Origin: Basidiobolus meristosporus CBS 931.73
Taxonomy: Eukaryota; Fungi; Basidiobolomycota
NCBI GenBank assembly: GCA_002104905.1
Contig: MCFE01000372.1
Coordinates: 21,120-85,119, forward strand
Length of the DNA stretch: 64,000 nt
Direction: 5' to 3'
Position 1 is the stretch's first letter. Each line of letters begins with the position of its first letter. Below the pieces are notes generated by a model. The model was not told the origin of the DNA. It made no database searches and was given only the letters and a program-made list of their open reading frames with translations. A program made the translations under genes and the position numbers. Below are positions 1 through 11,882 of this stretch, piece by piece.

Positions 1-1
1 T

Positions 2-976
2 CTTACCGTGATCGTGTTTATTATTGTTGGCATCGTTTTCATATGTACTAGAAAGGGAGATGATGCTGCACTCTATGGTCCATCCAACTTCACATACGGT
101 GAGGCGCCATTTAAGGATGGAGTCCTCGGTGTAGTACAAGTCTTTTTGATTGCAGGATTCTCTTTCCAAGGTACAGAGATCGTAGGCGTTACAGCTGGAG
201 AATCAGAAAACCCTCAGAGAGATGTTCCCAGAGCCGTGAAGCAAGTTTTCTGGCGTATTCTTCTTTTCTACATCTGTGCTATTACAGTTCTTGGCATGAT
301 CGTCCGTTATGACAATCCGAATTTACTGAGCGGTGATGTTGAATCAATCGCAGAAAGCCCATTTACTACAGTGTTCAAGCTGATAGGCTTCGCCCCGGCT
401 ACCCACCTTATGAATGCCATTGTGCTGCTAACTCTACTCTCTGCCGGAAACTCGGGTGTCTATGCTGCAACAAGAACATTATGGGTTTTGGCCAATGAGG
501 ACAAGGCCCCCAAGTTTCTCAAGAGAGTCAGCCGTAACGGAATTCCACTATTTGCTCTTGCGTTTACCGCATTGATCTCATGCCTTTCGTTCGCGACCTC
601 TCTTTTCGGCAACCAGGTTGTTTACAACTGGTTATTGAACGCGTCTGGTATTACTGGATTCATTGCATGGTTCGGTATCTCCGTCTCCCATTTCCGATTC
701 CGCAAAGCCTTTGTAGCCCAGGGAAATGATATCCAGCAACTGCCCTACAGAGCTATGTTCTACCCCTTCGGTCCAATCTTTGCTACCATCCTAATTATCA
801 TTGTGATTGTTGGGCAAGGGTACTCAGCATTCACCGCGAGTCCAGTTGATTGGATCGGTCTCGTTGCCTCGTACCTTGGACTGTTCATCTTCATTATACT
901 CTACATCGGGTACAAGATTATTAAGAGGTCTAAACTTGTTCCCTTAACCCAATGTGATCTATCCAGATCAATGTAA
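2..976 (+). CDS. Amino-acid permease (APC superfamily, yeast AAT/YAT family), C-terminal part; gene begins upstream of the window
   Basis: Frame is open from base 2. It has the signature FSFQGTEIVGVTAGESENP..VP.AVKQVFWRILLFY, plus GNSGVYAATRTL, LPYRA..YPFG and multiple TM segments. The GTG at 8 is not a real start. Confidence 0.93.
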   Translation, partial: LTVIVFIIVGIVFICTRKGDDAALYGPSNFTYGEAPFKDGVLGVVQVFLIAGFSFQGTEIVGVTAGESENPQRDVPRAVKQVFWRILLFYICAITVLGMIVRYDNPNLLSGDVESIAESPFTTVFKLIGFAPATHLMNAIVLLTLLSAGNSGVYAATRTLWVLANEDKAPKFLKRVSRNGIPLFALAFTALISCLSFATSLFGNQVVYNWLLNASGITGFIAWFGISVSHFRFRKAFVAQGNDIQQLPYRAMFYPFGPIFATILIIIVIVGQGYSAFTASPVDWIGLVASYLGLFIFIILYIGYKIIKRSKLVPLTQCDLSRSM

Positions 977-1913
977 TATTTTTGAAGGAGGTCAAAAGAG
1001 CGTAACATTCATTTATCACATAATAAATTAATACTAACTTGACATCCCACACCAAACACGGCCCTCCAGTCTTCCGTTCGGTTAATGCTGGGGCCCTGTG
1101 TTGTATCTATCTCCAATTCGAACGTAACGCGTGGCCGCACAATCAGTAACCGCTGCACACGGTAGTATTCTTCAGCCGATCTGTATGGTAGTCTCCAATA
1201 AAACGAAGTATTTCCTGACAATCGCCACATTGTGTTCGCCGAACTGGGCTTGTTTTTGGTGGTTCTTACGGATCTCCGGGATAACAGCAGACTGAGGTGG
1301 GCCAAATTAATGGGTAAGATCTAGATGGGAATCATTAATAGCACTCCCGTTTACACGAACGATCAGCCTATTGCTTTTGGTCGAAGGTAGGGTCCTGTTG
1401 ATATATCTCTATATGGTCATTCATGGTAATGATACATCCATCAAATTTTAAGTTTTGTTCGTCGAGCTAATCACGCAATGGATCTATGAATTTTCATTTG
1501 TGTGGCTGATTTCCATGTTCTCGATTGCCTGCCACTTCGGGAGCGGGATTTAAGCCAACCTTTCGAAAAGAAAAGATAGGGGTACCAAGGACAGGTTGTC
1601 ACAGCCGCTACCAGATTTGGTAAAGCCACTTCGAAATTATCCTTCTAATTATAACAGGCGGGAAAGGCGTTTAACATGATATCATAACAATGGTTTGGTT
1701 TATTGACTTCCAGGTCTAGAATATGCATTAGTGGAAGTGAGGAATAAATATGTTTGACGTCAGAATAAGGAAACAAGTTCTTGGACTAGAGTCCTATACT
1801 GTATTACAAGATGAATGACTGATCAAGAGGAAATATACATGAAGCCACGGCCGAATGTTTACAACATATACAAACAATACAAGTTACAGAGATTAGAGTA
1901 TATCAAGTAACGT

Positions 1914-2237
1914 TCAGCGGACTAGAGATATGCGCTGCCTCTTGGGTTTTAGGGCAATATATCTGGTAGGGAATTTCGCAGGGAAACCCAGAGGAGAGTA
2001 CGTCGGCGAAGATGGTTGGAAAGAGCCGTCGATAGAAAATGTGCTCCTGACAGGAGAGGCAGGTGGGGAAAGTGTGTAGCTGGAGGATGCAGTGTTGAAA
2101 GTCAGGGGAATGAAACTTTCCATAGTGTGATCGTGAGAACCGTGGGCATCTTTGAAACGACAGGATTCACTACAATATAGTTCGTCTTCGTAGAATTCAA
2201 TATAGCGATCGCAGACTGTACACCATTTGGTATCCAT
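1914..2237 (-). CDS. Ecl1/2/3-family (life-span regulatory) small protein
   Basis: N-terminal MDTKWCTVCDRYI..LYCSESCRFKD matches the Ecl1 Cys motif (WC..CD...LYCS..CR..D), followed by a Ser/Pro-rich tail. The ATG is at 2237. Confidence 0.8.
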   Translation of the reverse strand: MDTKWCTVCDRYIEFYEDELYCSESCRFKDAHGSHDHTMESFIPLTFNTASSSYTLSPPASPVRSTFSIDGSFQPSSPTYSPLGFPAKFPTRYIALKPKRQRISLVR

Positions 2238-3069
2238 TGTATTAGATATTAGCAAAGTAGAGATATATGCAAGCGGTTTGCTTGGAATGGGTGCTCAAGT
2301 AAAAGGCTGATGGCCAATACCGGGATCATCCCTGGCTATTTATATTCACGGATTTCGGGTGGATTAATTTCGTCATTGTTCCCGTCAATGAGTCCAATGT
2401 ATGCCATGGAACAATCATGTATGCAATTAAGGACGATTTTGATTCCATGTTTTACCGGATGGATTAATCTGGATGAGCAATAATGCTGAACGGCTATTTC
2501 GTTTCGGCAACTGCCAAGTACCCAAACTTCGCAGCAGAACGTATCTCCAAATTTGGAACTGCGGAAATACTCAATCCGACCTGACAATTGGCCACCACCA
2601 CAGCCTAAGCTAAAATAGGCTTCATCATCAATAATGCGTTCATTGGCATACATAGTGACTCACGCTGACCTACCCAGCCCAAAATTGCGGTAGCCCGCGA
2701 TGAAAAACTCTGAATATGGGCCACCTAGGAATGGATTTTCACTATCATTGATTTTCAAGTGGCATACCCAGTGGTGGTTGGGGAGCAGAGTCTAGGCCTA
2801 CCGCTACCGATGGAGTGGGTGGCTCCGAGGTTTCCTATTAGGTTTAAATAGCTATACCAGTTTCGTCAATGCATACGAGGTTTGATTGGTATAGATCAGT
2901 CCAACAGGGAATGAGCACAGAGCGAAGCACATTAATGTCAACAATTATCCAAATTTGTTTATGTACATTGTGGCGGTAACCGCTTTATACTAATTTAACT
3001 TCACAATAATCACCTTTTGCGACCTCAAATCTGGATTGATCTTCTGGCTTCATTGTTGCTGCCTATTAG

Positions 3070-3375
3070 TTCACTCGCCTCATATGGGTCAAACTTGACG
3101 TTAAGCAGTATATTGAAGATGAAAGTGAGCACCATCTATATCTGACAACAGGACTTGAAGTTTCCTTTTATTTATCCACATTCGGCATACAACACACAAA
3201 ATGTGATAGAGGCCTGATAGGTATTCTGTTGGGTGAACTCGGGAGACAAAGGGCTGAAGTGGTATCTGGCAAGGTGACCTCTTTCCTAGGTCATCTGGAA
3301 AAAGATCTGATGGATCGACCTGAAGTCTGCACATCTAATTCAATACGTTGCCTCGGAAGTAACCGATTGTATTGA
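3070..3375 (+). pseudogene. Probable decayed bestrophin (YneE/UPF0187-like) gene fragment
   Basis: A 102-codon open frame, missing from the ORF track, has motifs collinear with the intact bestrophin at 9889: TRLIW/TRLIW, VKQYIEDE/TKHYLREE, GLEVSFYLSTFGIQ/PLEITIHLTSYIQ, FLGHLEKDL/CLTGFERIL. SAHLIQ/SIHLAQ follows in a shifted frame. Large deletions lie between the blocks and there is no start codon. Confidence 0.5.
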
Positions 3376-3556
3376 ATATCCAGGGATCAATCATTGTCGG
3401 ACACAGGCGTCAGATTGAACGGAGGTTACAGGCAAGAGCAAAGCAGTATAATGCACATCAATATTTTATTTCAACAAAATATGCCAAGAAAAGACTACAT
3501 TATGTGGAATATTATACAGACAAAGTCTACCAATAGGCGAGGGTGCGTGCTTCTTA

Positions 3557-4772
3557 CTATATCATGAATGTTTGGTCTGGTTGGTTGACAGCATACTCTA
3601 AGCCGCTTTCCGAGTGGCGGTTATTCGCAAACGCGTGGCTTTGCGGTAATTCGAACCCGTATGCGAAAGACGGCTGATTATCTACGGGGTCTGTCATGGT
3701 GCTCTCGATTTTATCGTCCGATCTTGGATGTTTCCTAGGGCGGCCAACAGGACGAACTATTCAGCAGCAGAGTTCATTGGAAGGAAGTGTTTAGTCTAAT
3801 CAATCATTATCGGCATATCCTATGTTTCTATTACTATACCACAACTACTGGATTTCTTTCGGAACTCGGCTAAATACATTTGATATTCCTAGAGTGGAGA
3901 GATTGGTTAGAGGTGCGCGAAGAGGTCGGCCTGTCCACACCAACTTTGTATTCGTCAGTCTCTTTGTAACTTCGTAAAGCCTCGTAGTAGCCTTCTCGGG
4001 CCTGTGTTGCACTTAGCTCCACTTGCTCTTTCTCTTCACGACTGATAGCTTTCCATCGGTCCCCAACAATCTTGGCAATTTCTGTGAATGTCATGTTCTG
4101 ATTTTTATATTCCGCCCGGACCTTGTTTGAAAACATAACGTAGGCTGATGCAGGTTTCTCCGGCGCATTCTTGTCTGGCTTTGGGTGGCGTCTATACCGT
4201 CGCTTGCCAGCTGGGTTGGAGTATTGCCCCGTATTCAGAGAGATTTGCCGATGCCCTTGTATGGTAAGGCTATGTGGCGATAGTGCGCCTGGCGTAAGCA
4301 TGCGTGATATGACTGGAGAGGTGCTTACTATGTTTGGATACGCGCCATAAGTAACTGTTAGAGCTAAACCAGTAGAATGTATAAGGAATCAGGACACTGA
4401 CCTGTATCAGAAATACTTAAGAAACTCTCGTCGTTAGGGATAAGGGACAAGCCGAAGGCTTGAGAGTGATTGAATGCTCTCATACTGGCGATCTCGCGTT
4501 GCAGTAGCTATAGAGTGTTGAGTAGGGAGTTTGCGTAAGCTAGTTGAAAGGTTCCTTACTCTCCTATGCCCTCTTTTCACATCCATAGCAACCAAGTCAT
4601 TTTCTGTAATTTCTAACAGCTAACAGGGCAGAAGGGTCGAGTCAGAAAGGCTCACTTTACATAACGAGTACAAGCTAGGATATACCGAATTCAGTTGGTC
4701 AAACCCCTCCGATACAAACGTACTATAATACTGTTCCAACTTGCATTTCTTTAAGAAATCCCCTACTTCCAT
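3557..4772 (-). CDS. Multi-exon SAM domain + HMG-box + AT-hook protein (chromatin/transcription factor)
   Basis: Hand-spliced GT-AG exons give MEVGDFLKKCKLEQYYSTFVSEGFDQLNS-LLEITENDLVAMDVKRGHRR-LLQREIA (SAM), RRHPKPDKNAPEKPASAYVMFSNKVR..IAKIVGDRWK (HMG box) and RPVGRPRKHPR (AT-hook). The stop TAG is at 3557-3559. Confidence 0.85.
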
Positions 4773-5467
4773 GATGTCCAAGGATGTATTAAACAAAAGG
4801 ATAACACTTACTAGACCGTAGGTTTGGACCCGATTGAGTAGACTAGTGTGGATAACTCCCAAAGTCAATGAGCACACGCGATATCCTCTGTGGTAGAGAC
4901 TGTGCCAAGTACAGAGTCGCAAGAAATGTATATCACTCTTTATTAGGTGAAAACGGGGGAGGGGTTAGGAGTGGGAATCAAAGGATGGTGATTGAGATAT
5001 GAAAGTCACTGAAATCGTGGGAAACGAGGCCAGGTTCTAATCCAAAATGGAAATAGAAGTGCTACATCCTCTCTCTTATGCCAACCAGGATGGCCTCTTC
5101 ATGATGAGATTTACACCCAAGAAGGGTACAGCAACTCAACCAATGACTTCTCTTGTCGCTCATAGCAGATTGGCTTAAGAATAACGAGTTTGTATATCTG
5201 TGTCTGAACTGAATCAAATACATATGTCTTGCTACTCCAATGCATGATTCTCACCCTTGGTCCCTAATCCGAGCGGTATCTCGCTGCCTCGTGGAATGCC
5301 ATGTACTGGTATTCATGGCAATATGATCGCGTGGTTTATCTGTACAGCTCTCCTAGTTTGCTCCTTCACCGACTTGAAATCAATGTTTGTGGTTTAATTG
5401 TTGAAAGACCCAAGGGCGCGCTCCTCTTGTCTCAGAGACATTCTGGTGGATCGCCATGAAGGATTTG

Positions 5468-5484
5468 TATATATATATATATAT
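5468..5484. repeat. (TA)8 microsatellite
   Basis: Direct reading: tatatatatatatatat. Confidence 0.9.
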
Positions 5485-6621
5485 GTTAATCGAGCGTCAT
5501 GTATTTTTGCTACTCAACAACTACAGGCATGCTGGTGTTACAGTTATCTCTAAACCTGGTCAATTTCTCATGATGAACATAAGTGACCATATTTTGCGAG
5601 TTGCTGTTTGGAGAGTACCTTAGAAGAGGGTATCGAACTTGGGAGGTGGGATATCGGAATGGTTTTCTGGAACTGCAATGGTGTCTATTTGCCTCACACT
5701 TCCGCCACCAGTGTTCCTAACCTACGCCTAAAGGGTATTCATCAAAACAACGTTTTAGCCTTGAAACGCGGCCAAATTTTAATGTAAGAGGCCCTTGGTT
5801 TAGCATGATTCGGCTCCTGGGTGCTAAGACCAGAGGCAGAGAGGAGGCCATATGAATCCAAGCAATGCAATCTGCAATCTGGTTGCTATTGGTCGCAACC
5901 ACTTTCACATGGATCGTTGAGTTGCGGTCAACATTCAGGTTTCATTTTTGAAGCTTCAAAGCAATGGCCGATAGAAAGTGAGCAATCTTGATTGCCTATA
6001 TCGACCTTGTTCCATGTATCCTTCGTTCTTGGGCGCATTATGGTGAAGTCATCTATTTCAGCGAATTATGAGGTCGTACCAAGTGGGTCACAGTATATGC
6101 AACCAAATCTTGGTAGTGGGCAGCAGTGGATCAGAAATCTAGCAAATTCTGACGGTGAAATGGCTCGGAAAAATCTGCTCGATGGGCATTTCAGGTGGCT
6201 TTAGAGTATTTCAGTTGGGATCGTTGCTTGATGAAAACCCGCGCCCACGATGCAAAAGGTATTGACATCCAGTGTCGACCAGAAGTTAACACCCGATATA
6301 GTGGTATGCTTGTTATTGCACAAAGCGTGCAGATAGGAGGAGTGGAAAACCCGGAAACAATGAAGCCGGCTTGCTGCAGCGGATGTTCCATGTTTGGATG
6401 GATATATGTACCATCTCACGATTTCCAAATAATCTCCGATAACGTCCACGGAACAAACCCTTTACTGCTAATGTATGTATTTATTCCCAGGATGGTAGAC
6501 TCCGATATCTCCACAATATAAACAGCAGTCACCAGACATCCCATCTTCAATACACTACCTCGAGTTACCTTTTCAAGTGTTTTACATCCACGTCTCATCA
6601 ATCAATATCAAGTTGCACAGG

Positions 6622-6912
6622 ATGTTCTCTGCTCTTCGTGTTGCGATTCTATGCTTGGTAATTAGTGGTATATTCCTAGTCCAAGCTCAAAGTGGGAACG
6701 ACCTGCCAGTCCGCATTCAGCAGTTTACTTCGAACATCCCCGAGACAACCTCCGTTCCTAGTCCTACTATGTCCCCCAGCTTTTCCACAGGGTATGCGTA
6801 CCCTTCACCATCACCTGCAAAATCTGAATCAAGCCACCAAATGTTGGCGAAAGGTGTTATCTACACAAGCATTGGCCTCCTCAGTTACATATTCGGTTCC
6901 GAGTATTCTTAG
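6622..6912 (+). CDS. Small (96 aa) secreted, probably GPI-anchored, Ser/Thr/Pro-rich protein
   Basis: MFSALRVAILCLVISGIFLVQAQ reads as a signal peptide. An STP-rich linker follows, then a hydrophobic C-terminus (GVIYTSIGLLSYIF) after a small-residue site (KSESS). Confidence 0.65.
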   Translation: MFSALRVAILCLVISGIFLVQAQSGNDLPVRIQQFTSNIPETTSVPSPTMSPSFSTGYAYPSPSPAKSESSHQMLAKGVIYTSIGLLSYIFGSEYS

Positions 6913-9888
6913 CATTGGAAATATCCAACTTGGATGCCCCTTACCGCTCCTGCCTATCCTCAATTAACGTATTATTTAAACCAGTCGCACGGCATTCCGT
7001 TGCTTACCTCCTTTCTTCTAAAACATCCGCTCTCTTCCAGAGTATACAGAAATAAAATTTCAGTATAGGAGTGTTGAAAGTTCCCTATAAGATAGGATTT
7101 AATTCGTATTCACTTTCTGATACCTTTTGGTGAAATATTTACTGTGTAGTAACCCCCCAAATCGCCTGTGTATGAAACATACATCGCTATAGTTCGATCA
7201 TAGCCTCGGCCTGCTGATCGAGCTGGCATTCAAGTTCTGCGTAGGTTATCTATTTTCCAAATGGCTACCTCTGTCACTGTATTGAACTACTACTAGTATG
7301 TAGCATCTCTACTGCTTACCGCGCACTTGAGCGTCACTCTAGATGTAATATCAAACAAGTAGGAAATCAAGCTAACAAGTGAAATATCCCCTACTATTTG
7401 TAATACGTAAATATAAATCAGACAGTGCAAAATTCAAAAACGAAGAACGCGGTAACTTTTTTATTTTTGATATGGAGTATGGAAGACAGCCACCAAACTC
7501 GAGTTCTTGCAATAGGTTGTCTTACTTTTCAGGGTAGCTTCTAACTTAACCTCAGCAAGCAGAAAAGACTATTAAGGCATTCTATATGTCCCTTGATTGT
7601 GTATAACCACAGAACAAAGCGGTCTCTTTCTTTCCGGGAGGAGTGACCGCTATCTTGGATACACCAGGAAGTCGAATACTTAAAGAAGCCTGGTAGTGGA
7701 CATCATGCAATTAACTTTCATTCGTACACCTAGTAACTGAATATAGGGGTCACCAATAGTGAGCGTCGGGTCTTCAGAGCTAAGCTAATTCCTTCATTAT
7801 TTCTCTTGGGTCTATATAATATGTCTGCCCATTATAAAGTTGGCGTGTACCTCGTAGTAAGCAACCCTTAATAGCCCTATAATTAGGGTAGAATAGTAGA
7901 AAATGTGCAGGTAGACGTATCAGTAAAAAAATGAAATTCAACTAAAATACTTGGAATCGATGTATTCCCCATCCCGAGAGTAGTCCCCATTTTCTTTGCT
8001 AGAGTACCAAGTTCAATCATCCAGGCAGCTTAACTATATCTCTTCATAGCCCGAATTCTGTTGATTTCTATGAAAAGCTTGCCATATCACAACAACGATT
8101 ACTCATTTCCTCCGGTTTGACAGGCATGCGGCACACTCTGTACCTTTTTCCAGCACCAATATCATGTTTGGCTACGCTTGGGGATTCACATTTCACTTTG
8201 CTAATCCGTGATAGATACACAGTAATCGCATAGAACTAGTATCTGAACTGAGAGCCAAGTGTGCACTTCCTTTTTAAGCAGTTTAATGTATATAATGGAC
8301 GAGCGATGCCTACACTGGGCAAGGAACACGCTTCCATATTGTATCAAACACAAGAGCCACAGTTTGTGTACCACGATGGTGCTTCTTGATAATGTATCTG
8401 GAACGAGAGATTATCAGTCTCGAACCTACTCACAAGTTCTCGCCAATCCATGCCAATCCAGCCTTGTCCATAACTAATAGCAACACAAGTTCCACCAGCT
8501 TCATAGCTCAGTGATCGATACAGTTCGCACCGTGATCGAGTATCGAAGCTGCCATCTTCACATGAAAGATGGAATTGAGGGCCATTTAGCTCAAAATACT
8601 CAACGTCAGAAACCTATGTCGCAAGCCATCTGATGGCGCGCATGCATATTCTTGAATGTTTAGCCTGGTTCTATATGGAAATAATGAGAAATCAGGTTTC
8701 TTTATTGCTGAACCAGCATGCATGAATAAGCTTCATATGATCTCTGAATATTCTCTTTCATGGCTTTCCATGGACAGGAGTACGAGGCTAGACTGAAATG
8801 TGTAATGTTGATCTAAGCCAAAAGAAAACATCCTACCAAGACTAGGATGAGGCTAATTACTTGTTTATTAACAAGAGTTGGAATTTTCGTAATTGACCAA
8901 CATTGATTGATACACTATTGTAAGATATTGAATGTGGCATCTGCTCAGTAGATATAGATTGCCTTGAATCCCCCGACTTCCAATATTAATCAAGCGATGA
9001 CTACCTCGGTCTCCGCATCCTAAACTATGATGCGACACATTTCATGCTGGATCGACCACCGATTGCTGCGATCAACGGAAGCTTATCGCCATCACACTAT
9101 TGCAATAGTAAAGCCTGGGTAAGGATATATGATACACGTGACGAGTCAAAAGGTTGCTGTTCTAGAGACGGGTTGTGGTTGGAGTACTCTGAGTATTCTA
9201 CGTTTGAAAAACTGGTTCTGAACCCTCAGGGTTTTACCGACCTGTTTAGGATATCTATTCACCGCAACTCCTCTACATATGGCTCAACTAACTGTAAGTA
9301 AATAGCATATCACATCCGAGTTGCCATATTTATCATCCAGGCTTAGCACTGCTAAGGCGTAATGGAATATTGTTGTGATTTTAGAAGCCTCACAATAGTC
9401 CCTCAGTAAATGATGAAACAATCCTCTTACTGAGATGCGTAGGCGCCGAACCCTTAGCAATAAGGGAACAACTCCAGCACCAGGGATGGTCTGCGTGAGG
9501 GGAATATACGATATATGGGGTGTCCCAATGGTGATGCCCTGCGAAATTGTATCCATTCTATTTTAAAGCTTGGCACATACAGCCCACATTCCACAACAAT
9601 TAAATAAACCAGTTCAATTACTAGCCCAATCCAATGAGTAACAGGAGATAGCATCGAGCAGGGAGGAGCGCTGGCCTGTTTGAACCGGTTTTTTAGGCTC
9701 TGTCCGTAAGCTCACCAATAACGGTCTGCAGCAGAGTGGCACTACTTTAGCAGGCATAAGCTCCAGCTACCCCAAATATGGCTAAGCGCATATTATGGAG
9801 CTCTACCCTAAGCTTAAAAAAGAGTGATGGTCTAACAAATTCTCTTCCACCATTTCATCCACTAACGTCACATTCTATTTTGCTTTGA

Positions 9889-10971
9889 ATGGTTTACAAC
9901 CTGCCACCCTTATATGAGCGTCGATGGCCTTTTGCTTTACGTCTGAAATGCTCCATCATCCCAAGAATCGTCATTAAAGTTCTGCTACTAACGGCATATA
10001 GCATTATTGTGGTGGTGATCCACAAATATGGAGGGCCCAAGTTGAACTTTAAGGAGAATCTGATCACCATACTTGGTATGGTCACTTCTCTACTTCTGGT
10101 TTTCCGTACCAACACTGCCTATGATCGCTATTGGGAAGGGCGTCGTTTGTGGAGTTCACAAATCACAAATCTTCGCACCTTGACTCGCTTAATTTGGATA
10201 AACATCAAAGAGCAGAGTGATCCTGATCGCAAAGCAAAAGAGGCGGCGATTAAGCTTTTGATTTCTGTCGCCTACGCTACAAAGCACTACCTTCGAGAGG
10301 AATATGACTATCGGGATGTTACAACCGACATAGCCCCCTTTCTGCGCGCCTCACGCTCTAAATACCGCACTCCAACATCAATCAGTGATCAAAGAGAAAC
10401 CGAACTGTTGCGCCCCATATACCCACCAACTGAGAGCAAGGCTCCCGGCTCTAACCTCCCGCTGGAGATTACTATCCATTTAACGTCCTATATCCAGCGG
10501 GAAAAAGATAAGGGGAACGTGGATGCGCCTCTATACTCCCTTCTCACTACTTCTGTCAACAACCTCGTTGATTGCCTAACTGGATTCGAGAGAATCTTAC
10601 GAACACCGATACCAGTTGCGTACTCCATCCATTTAGCCCAGACAGTGTGGTTGTATTGTATAATGCTACCCTATCAGATCATCGAGCCCCTAGGTTGGGT
10701 TACCCCACTCGTGGTGGCAGCAGCGGCTTTTACGTTATTTGGGATTCTAGCGATCGGCGGTGAGTTGGAAAATCCGTTTGGTTTCGACTGGAACGACCTT
10801 CCTTTGGACAACCTCTGCACAATCATCAAGGAGGAGATCTTGGCTATCATACGAGTCTCACCACCCAGTGTCGACACCTGGTTGCTTCAGGAGGTTGAAT
10901 CCACCGGGGTCAAGCTGGAGATACCTAGCTTTGCCCCGAAAGGAGTGTCGAAAAGCCTATATTCCCAGTGA
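9889..10971 (+). CDS. Bestrophin / YneE-like (UPF0187) anion channel, single exon
   Basis: Conserved LLLVFRTNTAYDRYWEGRRLW, ERILRTPIPVAYSIHL and IGGELENPFGFDWNDLPLD motifs. Confidence 0.93.
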   Translation: MVYNLPPLYERRWPFALRLKCSIIPRIVIKVLLLTAYSIIVVVIHKYGGPKLNFKENLITILGMVTSLLLVFRTNTAYDRYWEGRRLWSSQITNLRTLTRLIWINIKEQSDPDRKAKEAAIKLLISVAYATKHYLREEYDYRDVTTDIAPFLRASRSKYRTPTSISDQRETELLRPIYPPTESKAPGSNLPLEITIHLTSYIQREKDKGNVDAPLYSLLTTSVNNLVDCLTGFERILRTPIPVAYSIHLAQTVWLYCIMLPYQIIEPLGWVTPLVVAAAAFTLFGILAIGGELENPFGFDWNDLPLDNLCTIIKEEILAIIRVSPPSVDTWLLQEVESTGVKLEIPSFAPKGVSKSLYSQ

Positions 10972-11882
10972 TTCGATTGGTATAAGCGTTCCTGAAATGT
11001 GCATGGCTCTTGATGAGTAGCATGACGTACTTGTACTATTTTGATACCCTTCTGCATTAGCCATGTCGGACCTCTGTTCAGTATTAATGGTAATTATTAA
11101 ACGAAACCGATGTGCGAAACATCGTAATCTCCCCCAAACACACCACGCCAACCAGTATTGAGCAACCCACTTCGGCAATAATCACTTGGCCTTTTCTGAA
11201 CCGAAAATTTTCCATGTGCTACGTGATTTCAGAATATTCCTAAGGTAGCGGAAGTGATCTGGGATAGATGGAGCGTCGATGGTGCGGTGGTGGAATTCCG
11301 CCAACACATATCCAGCAATGAGATTTATCCGTGGCAAGAGTGCATGAAGCATGCCACATAAGTCCAGTGTAGTACTGCAGTGAATGGAAATATGATCTAT
11401 TCACCCGCAATGGCTTTGATTTGGCGAGCACTAGATTAGTTTTAATTTGGTGTCACCTCCATAGCATCATCGTTACCTAGCCAGATGTTTTGTATGGGGA
11501 GATGCATACCAGCTCTTCCAAGAAAGAGAGTGTTATGAGCCAAAGGCTACATTAATCGGTGACACCCCTTGGGGGACAGCTATAATATAGCCTCTAATCC
11601 TATCAATCAATCAGGAGAACGTTAGGTCTTCCATTATTGACTCAACTGTTTGAAGATAGAATGCATGAGGTACATATATCTATAGATCTCATCATGTATG
11701 AAGCATTATATCATGATCTGCCCTAGTTGTGCCCGGCACTGAGCTCTCGGAAACACAAGCAAAAACACTCCAGGCCATTGGTCAACGAGCTATTAAGCGG
11801 GATGATTATTGTGTATAAAGCTCCTGCGTCCGAGGCTCCACCGACAAACGGTAGCAACTTCCGTCGTCTACAGCGAGTTACA

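Noticed and set aside
1009-1305. 98-aa minus-strand ORF downstream of the permease
   Set aside because: Non-ATG start and no recognisable motif; probably a chance ORF.
3870-4301. HMG gene as a Mucorales-type sex locus (sexP/sexM)
   Set aside because: The protein has a SAM domain and an NHP6/HMGB-like box, and no flanking triose-phosphate transporter or RNA helicase gene is present.
5600-6520. Cluster of overlapping short ORFs, considered as a decayed permease or transposase
   Set aside because: Only faint resemblance (e.g. VFIKQRSQLKYSKA versus AFVAQ..QLPYRA), no consistent collinear motifs and many stops in all frames. A tblastx search would be needed.
7000-9800. Long intergenic stretch with short ORFs and a TAGCTCAG A-box-like word near 8504
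   Set aside because: No B-box or cloverleaf and no protein motif; no tRNA or gene is supportable.
11727-11882. N-terminal 52-aa extension of the C2 ORF
   Set aside because: GTG start and low-information sequence; the ATG at 11883 directly precedes the first C2 strand.
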